Shown here piece by piece: positions 1 through 11,444 of a stretch of 64,000 nucleotides of DNA (within the stretch, counting starts at the first letter, position 1; every line of letters begins with the position of its first letter). The position numbers and the translations under genes are program-made. The notes under the pieces were generated by a model that was not told where the DNA came from, did not search any database, and saw only the letters and a program-made list of their open reading frames with translations. Source of the DNA: the human T2T-CHM13v2.0 reference genome, Homo sapiens. Location: the NCBI RefSeq assembly GCF_009914755.1, contig NC_060928.1. One strand, written 5' to 3'.

Positions 1-760
1 CAAAGATGATAAAGCTTTGATTGTCTATTTGGAACTCCCTAGAAATGGTGAGAAATCACATCCAGATTGTTAGTATAAATATGAGAAATATCAAAGGCAC
101 ATTGTTGCAAGATCCTAGTTATTATGGTGAGGGAGGGAGTCCACTAGGTGTGTAGAGTCCCCAGCTGTGTTTGAAAGACCCCTTCCAATGTACGATGAAT
201 GAAATGCTTTTATATAACATCTTTAAAATGTATGCCTAATTCAAAAGAGTAAAATCCAACATACATTAGAAAGTTGATAGATGAATAATTGTTAAATATG
301 CCTTCCAGAAAGTAAAGGTCACCTGAACTTACCATCAATGGTATTTAACATCTGAATCGATTTTGACAGTTTAAGCAATGCATCAACCAAAAGTGAAACT
401 CATCTGAAAAAATCAAATTATTTACAGAGTACCTAAAATAGAGACTTGGCTTCTCACCTCTGCCTCTGCAATAGCACTTGCTGAGTAAGGAACCAGGGTC
501 TGCTCCAAGAAGATAAGTCTTGATAAGAGGGAAGAGAGCATGGGCTGGAAGGGTAGAAAATTATTTCCTGCTATGGACTCTACCGAGAGTTCAATTAGCC
601 TATATTTGTGTTTGTAGCAGGCATAATTCTACGAAAGTGGAAGGACAGAAAACACATGGCAAAAAAGTGAAAGACAAATCATCTCTCTGACCATATATGA
701 GGTACCAGACAATGTGATCATTGCTTTACTGATGTTTCATTTTATATATATATATATATA

Positions 761-921
761 CACATATACACAAGATAAGAAGTAAATAACATTATACAAT
801 CTATTCCTATTTAATTATGTAATTCTAATTTGGAGGTTCTTTAGAAGTAGCAGTGTTCGTCATGTTCCTCAAATAGTGGTTATGATGATTACAGAATAAA
901 ATTTAAGTTAATGATGGTAAA
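761..921 (+). repeat. 161-bp direct duplication, copy 1 (copy 2 at 2245-2405)
   Basis: CACATATACACAAGATAAGAAG...GTTAATGATGGTAAA occurs twice; manual alignment gives 8 substitutions and no indels in 161 bp. Confidence 0.95.
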
Positions 922-932
922 AGGCCCCCAAA

Positions 933-1176
933 TACATACATACATACATATATATGTATATAAGTGTATATATATGTATATAAGTGTATATATGTATGTA
1001 TTTGTATACTTATATATGTATATAATATATATAATGTATATATAAATACATATATAAGTATATAGGTATATATAAGTATATACGTATATATGTATATAGG
1101 TATATATATACTTATATAAGTATATATACACACTTATATAAGTGTGTGTGTATATATATATATATATATGTGTGTG
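933..1176. repeat. Compound (TA/TG/CA)n low-complexity microsatellite with internal palindromes
   Basis: Alternating purine-pyrimidine tract with recurring TATATAAGT units; flanked by the 15-bp inverted repeat TAAAAGGCCCCCAAA (918-932) / TTTGGGGGCCTTTTA (1177-1191). Confidence 0.95.
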
Positions 1177-1448
1177 TTTGGGGGCCTTTTATTGTAAGTA
1201 AAATATTGTAAATATCTGTTCTTTACCAGTCACTAAAAGTCAAGCTAAGTGTAAGGCTGCCCATTGTTAACAGAAGCAGGTCATTAGTAAGCATTTATTA
1301 AATAAAAACACCCTTGTCCCTAAGCGAAAAATTTACCCTAAGTTCTCCCAGTCATCTTGTATTTGTAAAACTGTCCTATGGCTGACTGAGACTGTCAGAA
1401 CAGAAACTTATCTTTCCAGGATTTTCTTAAATACTCCTATTAAGTAGG

Positions 1449-1954
1449 TGTATTTGTCCATTCTCATGCTGCTAATAACTACATACCTGAGATTGGGTAA
1501 TTTATAAAGAAAAAGAGGTTTAATGGACTCACAGTTTCACATGGCTGGGGAGGCCTCACAATCATGGCAGAAAGCGAAGGAGGAGGAAAGGCATCTCTTA
1601 CATGGTGGCAGGCAAAAGAACGTGTGCAGGGTAACTACCCTTTTATAAAACCATCAGATCTCGCGAGACTTATTCATTATCAGGAGTACAGTGTGGGGAA
1701 AAACCCGCCCCTATGATTCAATTACCTGCTACTCCCCCTCATGACATGTGGGGATTATGGGAGCTACAATTCAAGATGTACAATCATTGAACAAACGAAC
1801 CTTTGATAGCGGCTGCACCATCAGCATGTCCTGATCCAACATCGAGGTCGTAAACCCTATTGTCAATATGGACTCTAGAATAGGGTTGTGCTGTTATCCC
1901 TAGGGTAACTTGTTCCGTTGGTCAAATTATTGGGGACACAGTCAAACCATTTCA
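1449..1954 (-). mobile_element. THE1 (ERVL-MaLR) solo LTR, interrupted by a NUMT
   Basis: TGTATT...AAACCATTTCA termini, typical THE1 text (GGGGAGGCCTCACAATCATGGCAGAA; AAAACCATCAGATCTC), perfect 5-bp TSD GTAGG at 1444-1448 and 1955-1959. Confidence 0.93.
1782..1933 (-). pseudogene. MT-RNR2: NUMT: fragment of mitochondrial 16S rRNA (3' part, peptidyl-transferase region)
   Basis: The reverse complement reads ...GACCAACGGAACAAGTTACCCTAGGGATAACAGC...GGGTTTACGACCTCGATGTTGGATCAGGACAT...GGTTCGTTTGTTCAA, which are conserved mt-16S motifs; about 9 differences from human mtDNA as I recall it. Confidence 0.96.
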
Positions 1955-2244
1955 GTAGGGTTTAATAATAGTTGAGACAATGATATTGATCATTTGATAA
2001 ATTAAGTAGCTTGCCTCAGCTTTGCCCAGCTATTAGCAAGCAATAGGCTCAAGATTTGTATGGTGAGGATAGTGTACTATGAACTATCAATATGTAACCC
2101 TGTCCCCTAAATCGTGGTTTACTGACTTCTACTTTATCTACCAATATCTAAGAGCCTAGGTGCTTCTGTTTATACATTGTGTGACAATTAGGTTTTTGTC
2201 TTAAATACGATTTTTATCTGAGAGGTAAACAGAGGGCTTTTCCC

Positions 2245-2405
2245 CACATATACACAAGATAAGAAGTAAATAACATTATAAAATCTATTCCTATTTAATT
2301 ATGTAATTCCAGTTTGGAGGTTCTTTAGAAATAGCAGTGTTCATCATGTTCCTCAAATGGTGGTTGTGATGATTACACAATAAAATTTAAGTTAATGATG
2401 GTAAA
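2245..2405 (+). repeat. 161-bp direct duplication, copy 2 (probable donor)
   Basis: About 95% identical to 761-921, and embedded in ordinary flanking sequence rather than in microsatellite. Confidence 0.95.
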
Positions 2406-2639
2406 CTATCTAAAAAAATAAAAGAACTGGAGGTGTTTTAAGTACAAGAGGCCAGCTGCTATATTTTATATAATCTACTTCCTGAGATACTGCAACATTA
2501 TAGACAAGAGACCTCTTTACAAGTAACAGACTTATACTAATATAAAGAACAGGAGGTTGATCTTTAAAATAAAAGACATTTTAAGATATTACTGAAAATC
2601 TGAAGTAAGTGGTGGAATGATAAAACAGGTTGAGAAAAA

Positions 2640-2644
<5 letters not shown>

Positions 2645-2718
<74 letters not shown>
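2645..2718. repeat. (TA)n(CA)n microsatellite flanked by 22-bp inverted repeats
   Basis: Pure TA then CA runs; arms AAAACAGGTTGAGAAAAACATT (2622-2643) and AATGTTTTTCTCAACCTGTTTT (2724-2745). Confidence 0.97.
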
Positions 2719-3069
2719 TGCATAATGTTTTTCTCAACCTGTTTTTTTCATATAACATATATATGTCATATATATATATATATGCCCCATAAAGACAGAC
2801 CAAGATGCGTTCATATTCTAGGAAGCAAATGTTCATGCATGCATCCCTGAAAGGCCCAGAGACAAAGTCTCTATATAAAAAAGAACAAGTAGTAAAACAT
2901 GGATTTGAAAATGAGGAATTAATTGAAAATATACATACAAAATGTTTACCACTTCAACACACAAAGTTAAGCACATCTCTCCCACAGCACCAATGTACAA
3001 TGTGTAGCATTTAAATTAAATTAAATTCTGTTTAAAGATAATAATAATAATAATGATATAAAATAGTGA

Positions 3070-5120
3070 GGACCTCCTGTTCTGGCAACATGTTTGTATG
3101 AATATACACAACTTCCCAGAATGAAAAGCTTCAAAATGTTGACAAAAAATGTTTAGCAAATCTTCATATGTGAAGAGCTGGCAAAGCAAAAAATTAAGGC
3201 CAATTTATAATCCCAAATGGAGGAAGGAGGTTCCTGAATCCTTCTCTATCCTGAGGGTATCTGCAGATCTGTTTTACTCCAGTGGCCCATGCTTGGGGTG
3301 CCAAGCCCTGTAGCAAGCCATACTTCAGTCTACATACTGCAAGAAACATTAAGGGGATATGCTGTCTATGAGTGAATTAGTAGAAAAATGGATTCCCTTC
3401 ACTAAGGAAGGCTCTGAGGAATTGTGCTTGCCCTCACTTACCTTGGATGGAGGTAAAATAGTACCTGTATGAAAATACAGTAATCCAGTCCTGTCAAGGG
3501 TTTGCCACTGTCTATGTACCCTGAAGCTCTTAAGACAGGAATGTAGTTGGAAGTGATCATTGGTTCATGTGTCTTCTGATACCTGGAAGAAGCAATGAAA
3601 ATAAATGACCTATGGTTACATATATCAATACCAATGAGTCACATAAAAAGTATGTTATATGAAAAATCATTGTCACAGAATAATACCCACAATATATTTT
3701 CACAAACAAACATATGAAACAAAACAACACATTATTCAAGCACATGTACACATATTGTGAAACTCTAAGAAACCTCTGGAGAGCAACATGGGTCACGATG
3801 CTATTATAAAAGTACACTGGGGACTTCAAAGATATTTAAATGTATTTTTAAATCAGGTTGGTGTTGACATAGATATTCTTCTTTATTATTCTTTACAAAG
3901 TATTTTTGTACTACAAATATTATTTTGAATATAGGATGTACTATAGTAATTAAAAATTTATTATCAAATCGTCAAAGGCAATAAAAAACATGCTCCCTCC
4001 ATGGCTACTCCCCATAAATTTGGCTCTGCCAGTCAATAAGCCTCCCCACATGCACAGAGCTCCCCACTCAGCATGCCTCTTAATTTATTCATAACCACAT
4101 TCAAACTGCAAAGGTTCTCCAGATATGTGAGAAAATGCTGCAACCTGAGAGAGAAAAAGTAAAGAGAAAAAAAAAAAAAAGACCCTAGGACAAACATGAA
4201 AGAGGGAATTAAATGTAATCAAGATAAAAGAATTTTACACTAAATTCTATTAAAAACGTTCCAAAATTTTTAATAATGAATGTCATCTATAAAATGAGAA
4301 TGCCCTGAAAATGTAAAAACTAGAGCAGATTGGAAATTAACAATGCAATTACTGAAATAAAATAAACACATTATTTTATGATTGTAGCATTCAGTTGAGC
4401 TAATCACAGAAATTGGAGCAGAAAAATAAGGAAATAATAGAAAAGAAAACTTAAAAGACAAAATGAATCAAACCCAAATTTTAATCATTCTATTATTAGG
4501 AAGATCAGAGAGAGAGAGAGAGAGAGAGGAGAAAAAATTAATCAAAAGATATTATCAAAAAATATTAAAAGGTAATTTCTCAGAGCTAAAGGGACATTAT
4601 TTTCAGACTAGAGACCCATTAATCAAGCAGGGATAAGATGATAAAAAGAACCACACCTAGTTATAGAATTTGCATTTCATAACAATCTAGATAAAAAAAG
4701 AACTAGAAAGCACTCAAACAGGAGAAATGTAAACTCACCTAAAAAGTAAAATCAGACTTTAATTAATATTTCTTTAATGGAACTAAAAATATAGGAATAA
4801 TACCTTTAATGTTCTCAGAGAAAATTGTTTTAACTTAGAATTCTATACTCATCCAATGTGATACTACTCTATCAGGTTTTGTCTGTCATATTCTTATTTT
4901 AGGGAATTATTTGAGATCATTCTTCAGAAAAAGGTAGGAGGAAATCAAGAAACCAAAAGGCAAGAGATCTACAGAACAAAGGAATACACCCAGGATTCTG
5001 TAGTAAATGTTTTAATAGAGTCCTATGACTATAATCATTATTTACAGATTTTCCCATATATAGCACAGGAGAGAAGGTAAATATTAACAACTTGATGCTG
5101 TAAAAGTAAAAGAATATGTA
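3070..5120 (+). mobile_element. Ancient L1M/HAL1-like 5' and ORF1 remnants (fragmented)
   Basis: A-rich ORF1-like text (AATTTCTCAGAGCTAAAG, ACCACACCTAG, ATCAGACTT, CTTAGAATTCTATAC) resembling HAL1/L1ME; heavily decayed. Confidence 0.55.
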
Positions 5121-5129
5121 ACCGGGGAA

Positions 5130-5420
5130 ATTTTTTCCACCAGTATTAATCTCAAAGATTTAACTTACATGGCAGTATTCTTATTGCCTTCCACATCTGC
5201 ATGAGGTTAAAGTTTAAAGAACACCTCTGATGGGCTATTCGTGTCCTGGATCACCCTGTGGAGTTAGCTGTGGCTTTCTTAGTTCAGCAACTTAATTAGA
5301 TCTTTTCCTCTGTTCAGTCTTGCTTTCTCTCACTGCTTTCTACAAGTGTTGGTTCCTTAAAAACGTCTTACATGTCACATTTTATCTCAGCTCCTGCTTC
5401 TGAAGAATACAACCTGTGGA
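5130..5420 (+). mobile_element. LTR16-family (ERVL) LTR, 3' part
   Basis: Ends ...ATCTCAGCTCCTGCTTCTGAAGAATACAACCTGTG, followed by GGTGCTAAGAGTGGTCCAGGAAAGC, the LTR16/ERV3-16A3-type LTR-to-internal junction. Confidence 0.6.
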
Positions 5421-6404
5421 AGCAGGTGCTAAGAGTGGTCCAGGAAAGCGAGTAATAAAATGGGATTATGGAGAGGAATCACTTTCCACCCAGTCATTAG
5501 CAATATGTAGATCCCAGAGGACATCTCTGGCACAAGCGAACAGTTCAAGTTAAAAAAAAAAAAAACAACTCTCACTGATAGTGAATTGGGATGGCATAGA
5601 AGCGAAAGGGAATGCACTAGCTGGTGCAATTTGTCGGACTTTTGAAAAGTACAGGCAAAGAGTAACTATAAAGATGGTGGGTTGATACCTAGGTAGAGAT
5701 GATAAAACGTTCCGGGGATTAATGAGCAATTGAAGACTGAGTGTGAAAGCCAGAGCTTACGAAAGAGATTCTCGTCTCCTGTAGGGAGAAACAAAAAAAA
5801 ACTGGGGACTCGACCCAGAAGTCACTATTCTAGAGTATGTTAAATGCCCAACCAAAGATGTCTGTTATACTAAGGTCATGGCCCTAATTGAAAATGAATG
5901 AGAATAGAGCCACTTGGGAGGATGCTCCAAAATATTTTGAATTGTCCCATATTTCTGAAACTTCTGAGGCTGAAGAAGTGGCTCATCCTTCCCAGTTAAC
6001 ATTACTTTCTTGCCTTGAAGACAACCCCAAAGCCTCTATCCTTCCAGACAATGTTTCCCTCAGGATCTGCTCTGCCATCCATCCACTTTTTGTGAAGTTG
6101 CTGAGTAACCCCACTAGGTACATGTTGGGTGCAATAAGGGAATGAAGGGACTAAATTCCAAGGGGGCAAAAAAAAAAACAAAAAACCTAGCCATAATGTA
6201 CTGGCAGAATCCTGAGGAGCATATTTCTTAGGGTTTGATCAAACAGGCTGGATTAAATGATGATATGGGAAGAGTTTATTGATTTGGAAGTATTATCTTG
6301 CATGTTCTTAGGGTCCTAGGGGATGTAGTATACTCAATATTAGGATGGCTCCAACAGAAACAAAAGAAATCTGAAAACCCATAGGAAGTAAAGTTAAATG
6401 ACGG

Positions 6405-6435
<31 letters not shown>

Positions 6436-8295
6436 GGTCACGGGGGAAGAGTGCAAAGGCTCCAGGGGTGTGGAAATGATGGAGTGGAAACGTTGCAGAA
6501 GGCCAGAAGATGTTCCAAAAATTGTGGTTCACAGAAACACTGGGAGAATTCTCCATTTACCATGAAAATAAGAAACACATAGATAAGGTTGCATCAGAAT
6601 CACTAAAGGGATCAGTAGTTTCGATTTAACTTGTAAGGGGAGGGGAAGCCTAAAAGAGGTGTTAAAAGGTATTAAAATAAAATTCTACTTAAAAATTTTA
6701 CCACAAAACTCCATATTTAAGGTCAATTCAAGCAAATGGATCTACTGATATCTAAAACTAAAATATAATCTTGGAGAAACAAAAACAAAACCAAATAAAC
6801 CTCAAAAACAATGGTTCTCTTCTATAAACCAGGGCTAAAAGCTAGGGTTTGAGCTAGGAGAGGCTATTACATAACTAGGCTTGATGATAGTAATAACACA
6901 ATTGACAATCAGTAGTATTAATATTGATATTAATTTATTTATGTATAATAGGTCTCTGACATAATAGAGGTAATGGAGATATTTAAATGTGAGTAAAATG
7001 GATATAATTATTATATGAACCCCAGAGTTCATACAACCCAGGCCCAGCCAGACTTAAGGAAAGGGTGCATTGAACACCATGCTCACAGGGGTAGATGGAT
7101 CATCATCCAACAAGTCGCAGCATGAATAGATGACCAAAACCAGAACTTAGCCAGTTTGTAACCCAGACTCACTGGCTGAAGGGAAACTTAGATGTCCAGG
7201 AGAAAGAACTCCACGGTACCATGGCAAATACTCATAAACATGAATCTTAGAGTCCTTCTTCAAAGGAAACTGCATCCAGAGATGGCTTCATGGTCCTATA
7301 ACCAGTGCAATTGGATAGGGTTCTGTGCTCAGAAAGGGAATTGGCACCTGGGCTTGCAGTTGTCTTCTAGAAATTTTTAATAGTTTTGTCCATTAATCTG
7401 CATTTTGGTAAGATGGGAGTCTGATAGAACAGTGAAGCATCTTCAAAAGATTTGAAGCTTTAACTTACACATGGTTCTAACTCTCCACTTCCCATCTCCT
7501 TGAGACAAGTTCATGACTTTTTACTCTACACTCCTCCCAGCAACTGCTGCTGCCCTGGGCTCCAGTCATGGGTGGAAAACAGGTGCTTGGGATGGGCACA
7601 GGAAGGATCAAGGGGGAGGGTCTGCACTAACCTGATAAATATCCTTGTGCTTGAACAATGGCACATGAAATAGAAAATGAAACACACATGACAGGTTGAG
7701 AGAGAGACCATGGAAGAAAGAAAAAATACTATCATATTTTTGGGCTTTTAAAATAAGTGGCCCCACATTTTCGTTTTTTCATTTTCCACCACAAGTTTTG
7801 TAGTCCTGCTTTCAGACATGTACTCAGGTGAGCTTGCATTAGGAAAACAGGAGCGTCCAAACATTTTAAAGACAACCGGACCTATGTCCAAGTTACCATT
7901 GATACCTAGCATCCTGAAATGTCATTATGATGTCATTCTTTGTGTGGAGACATATAAGGACCAGGAAATAAATGGAATCCCAGACTAGGCGCAGCACACA
8001 CGGGAGCTACTGGGTCTGTGGAACTACTTGGTGGTCATTTCCCAGTCCCTGAATATGTAATTAGAATTATTCTACTTAGTGGTAGGTGCAACCTCTACTT
8101 TGTATCCTTGGCCTGTGAGGTAAGAAATACCATAATGGAGAGAGCCGAGGGGAAGCCACTGAAATATCTCTTTTTATTGTCCAAAAAAGTTAATCAAAAC
8201 AATATCTCATAATCGGGGGTGTGTAAGGGAGACAGAAAATAGTGCCACCTCAAAGGGAGTAAAGGTTGCCAGGGTAAATATACTCCTTTAATTCA
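5421..8295 (+). mobile_element. Decayed ERVL internal region (gag-pro-start of pol; ERV3-16A3_I-like), interrupted by other repeats
   Basis: 7840-8295 resembles ERVL protease and RT N-terminal coding DNA (remnants of motifs such as GKPLK, VNQKQY, SATxK, PFNS); no intact ORF. Confidence 0.65.
7277..7808 (+). mobile_element. MER45-family hAT-Tip100 DNA transposon fossil
   Basis: Termini CAGAGATGGCTTCATGG...GTGCTCAGAAAGGG and GGCCCCACATTTTC...TGTAGTCCTG resemble MER45 ends. Confidence 0.6.
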
Positions 8296-8482
8296 GTCAA
8301 GTGTTTTTGTATAAGCCGCTAGCTGTCCTTGTGCTACTCATGTAGTAAGCTGCATTTTGGAAAAATTTTTTCTGATAGTTTTTGTCATCAGACAAATGGT
8401 GCATGAGAATCCTGTCTTCATCATCTTCCCTGGCTGCATTTGCCAGGGTTTGGCACCAGTGACTCCAGTTTGAATCCTACAC
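8295..8482 (-). mobile_element. MER34/LTR48-like ERV1 LTR 5' fragment
   Basis: Minus strand TGTAGG...GGAGTCACTGGTGCCAAACCCTGGCAAATGCAGCCAGGGAAG...GATGACAAAAACTATCA resembles the start of MER34-family LTRs. Confidence 0.5.
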
Positions 8483-8998
8483 CTTTTACAAAGCCAAAAG
8501 CATATGGTACCTCCACCACAGCCTCACTTACAACCTGGTCAGCCACTGGTGTGGTAGAAGAAGTGGATCTCAACTCTGGACCCTGCAGGATAGGGCCCCT
8601 TCCACAGGCAACAAGAATATGTGTGCCACAGTGGGTGCAAATAGGAGCGATTTGGAAATTATCCTAAGGGTTCCATGGGTGAGGCTCATGAAGAAGACTA
8701 TATTAATTACAGAAAAATAAGCTTTATTTCCTTTACATATATAAGACGCATGTATTTGCCACTACCTGACATAAGATGTTAGAAGTTGAGAGACAGATAC
8801 TAGGAGGTGGAATCCAGCCACCTAAATTCCAGAGGAGCTGAAAGAAAGCAAGGATCTGCAATTTGGTGGGTGCAGATCTAAACATACCAACAGAGATACC
8901 CTCTGCAGTTGATGAATATGAAACTGAGGATGCAATGATATTATTCAAATATACAGGTAATCTATATTAATTATTCAAAGTATACATAAAATCATATA

Positions 8999-9301
<303 letters not shown>

Positions 9302-9708
9302 TAATGTTTATATCAATATATTGGCAGGTGGGATAGAACACACTGATAGTAGTTGTATAAAGGAGCTAATCCATCACCTATATAATAGAAAGTTAACAGA
9401 TGATATCAAAAATTGATAACACCAAGCTGTCATATGAAGATTATATAACTATATGAATATAAGGAAAACAAAACAAAAATACCAAAAAGAAACTAATATG
9501 GTTGCTTCTTTAAGGTGTGTATCAAGGGACAGTTGATAAATCATTATCTTTATAAATCATTCTCTGCTATTTAAATGCTTACCAGTTTGCCTGCATTAAG
9601 GTGGCATAGTACCTGCCAATCACTCGTGGTATCCACCTTGCTTCATCATGCCTTTCCTGTTTCCCCAATGTATTGCTAATTCTCCTTTGAGTCTTGCTTA
9701 CTACCATA

Positions 9709-10433
9709 TGTTTTAGTGTTTTCACAGTGCTATAGAGATACTACCTGATACAGTGTAATTTATAAAGAAAAGTGTTTTAATTGACTCACAGTTCTGCCTG
9801 GCTAGATAGGGAGGCCTCAGGAAACATACAATCATAGTGGAAGGTGAAGGGAAAGTGTATTAGTCTGTTTTCACGCTGCTGATAAAGACATACCAGAGAC
9901 TTGGCAATTTACAAAAGAAGGAGGTTTAATGGACTTACAGTTCCACCTGGCTAGGGAGGCCTCACAATCATGGTGGAAGACAAGGAGGAGCAAGTCACAT
10001 CTTACATGGATGGCAGCAGGCAAAGAGAGAGGTCGTGCAGGGAAACTCCCATTTTTAAAACCATCAAATCTCCTGAGACTTATTTACACCACAAGAACAG
10101 CATTTCAAAGACCCACCTCCATGATTCAAATATCTCCCACCAGGTCCCTCCCACAATGTGTGGGAATTATGGGAGCTACAAACTGAGATTTGGGTGAGGA
10201 CACAGAGCCAAACCTTATCAGGAAGCAATGCACATCTTGCATGGTGGCAATTGGAAGACAGAGAGAGTGCAGAGGAACCTGAAACCATCAGATTTCTTTA
10301 GAACACCATGGGGTAAACCACCTCAGTCATCCAATCACCTCCCACCAAGTCTCTCCCTCAACACATAGGGATTACAATTCAGATTACAATTCAAGATGAG
10401 ATTTGGATGGGGACCCAAATCCAAACCATATCA
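9709..10433 (-). mobile_element. MSTA-like LTR split by a nested THE1
   Basis: GGGAGGCCTCAGGAAACATACAATCAT...GAAGGTGAAGGGAAAG | GGAAGCAATGCACATCTT...CCAAATCCAAACCATATCA; TSD CCATA/TCATA. Confidence 0.85.
9856..10220 (-). mobile_element. THE1A/B solo LTR nested in MSTA
   Basis: TGTATTAGTCTGTTTTCACGCTGCTGATAAAGACATACC...GCCAAACCTTATCA; TSD GAAAG/GGAAG. Confidence 0.92.
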
Positions 10434-11444
10434 TCATATAATATCACTATTATCCAGTATTGCAGCCTCTTTCTAACTTGTCTCCCTATATATACTGTCC
10501 TCCTTTATGACTTCTCTGAATATCAAATTTCCTCATTGAAGCTTGTGTAATTTTTCCAAAAAAAATTTTTCTGAGTCAATGTGCTTCCTTGGTTTCCTGC
10601 CTCCAGAGCTTCTTCCTCCCTTTACAATAAGGTCCAAATGTATAACATGTGGTCCACATTCTATTTCCTCCCCATCTTTCCACCTTAGCTTTTACCAGCC
10701 TTCCAGCTGATTTCTCCTATCAGATTGAACCACTTTTGATTCTTAAAGTGTGTCATTTAACTTGATCATTTATGACTTTACATTTCCCATTCCTCAGCTT
10801 GGAACATGTTCCCCCATTCCCTCCCTCTCCAATTTCCTATGCCCTCAATTTAAAAGTTACCTGAATCTAGGACCTTTCTTCCTCTGCAAGACTAGGTTAG
10901 AGGCCCCCTGCAGTGTGCCGTTGAGCATCCTGTGGTTTCTGGTGAGTAACCTGTTACATCCCCATTAAATACATAGCTTGCTTTTTCACTTTCTGATGGT
11001 AAGGGTCCTTAGGACAAAATCAACTCTGTCCACTGTATTTCTATTATATATTACATGTATTCTTATGTACATATTATGCATCTGTTCATATATGTATGCA
11101 CACATATGTTCATATAGATTTATTTTGCATATGTTCTGGCACTTAAAGGAAACAATCATTAAAGTTATATTTTGATTTAAGTAGTTACATAGGGCCAGTT
11201 TAATTCTTGCAGGAAAACTTGAAGTCAGAAGCAGAATTGCAATAAACATAAAAGGACTACATTTTAGAGAATTACAATGCATTCCAAAGCTGTTTTATAA
11301 TTTCTAAGTTAAAATATATTAGTCACCGAAAATATGGTATGCTGCGCAAATTTTTGATAATCAAGAATATCATGGTTTAATACTTAAGTTCTTCTAGTGG
11401 AAAAGTATCCATATAGAAAAGTCTATTACCCCCTGCCCCACACT

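Noticed and set aside
1885-1902. I-SceI homing endonuclease site
   Set aside because: Only 14/18 match to TAGGGATAACAGGGTAAT; it reflects the homologous LSU rRNA position within the NUMT, not an engineered or homing site.
6620-7020. Second NUMT (AT-rich, hydrophobic minus-strand ORF 6835-7032)
   Set aside because: No recognisable mitochondrial gene motif; 6700-6790 looks more like decayed L1 ORF2 (AATTCAAGCAAATGGATC...TAAAACTAAAA).
8300-8700. Processed pseudogene (GC-richer stretch with a 75-aa ORF)
   Set aside because: No recognisable protein in any frame; the first part matches a MER34/LTR48-like LTR start on the minus strand.
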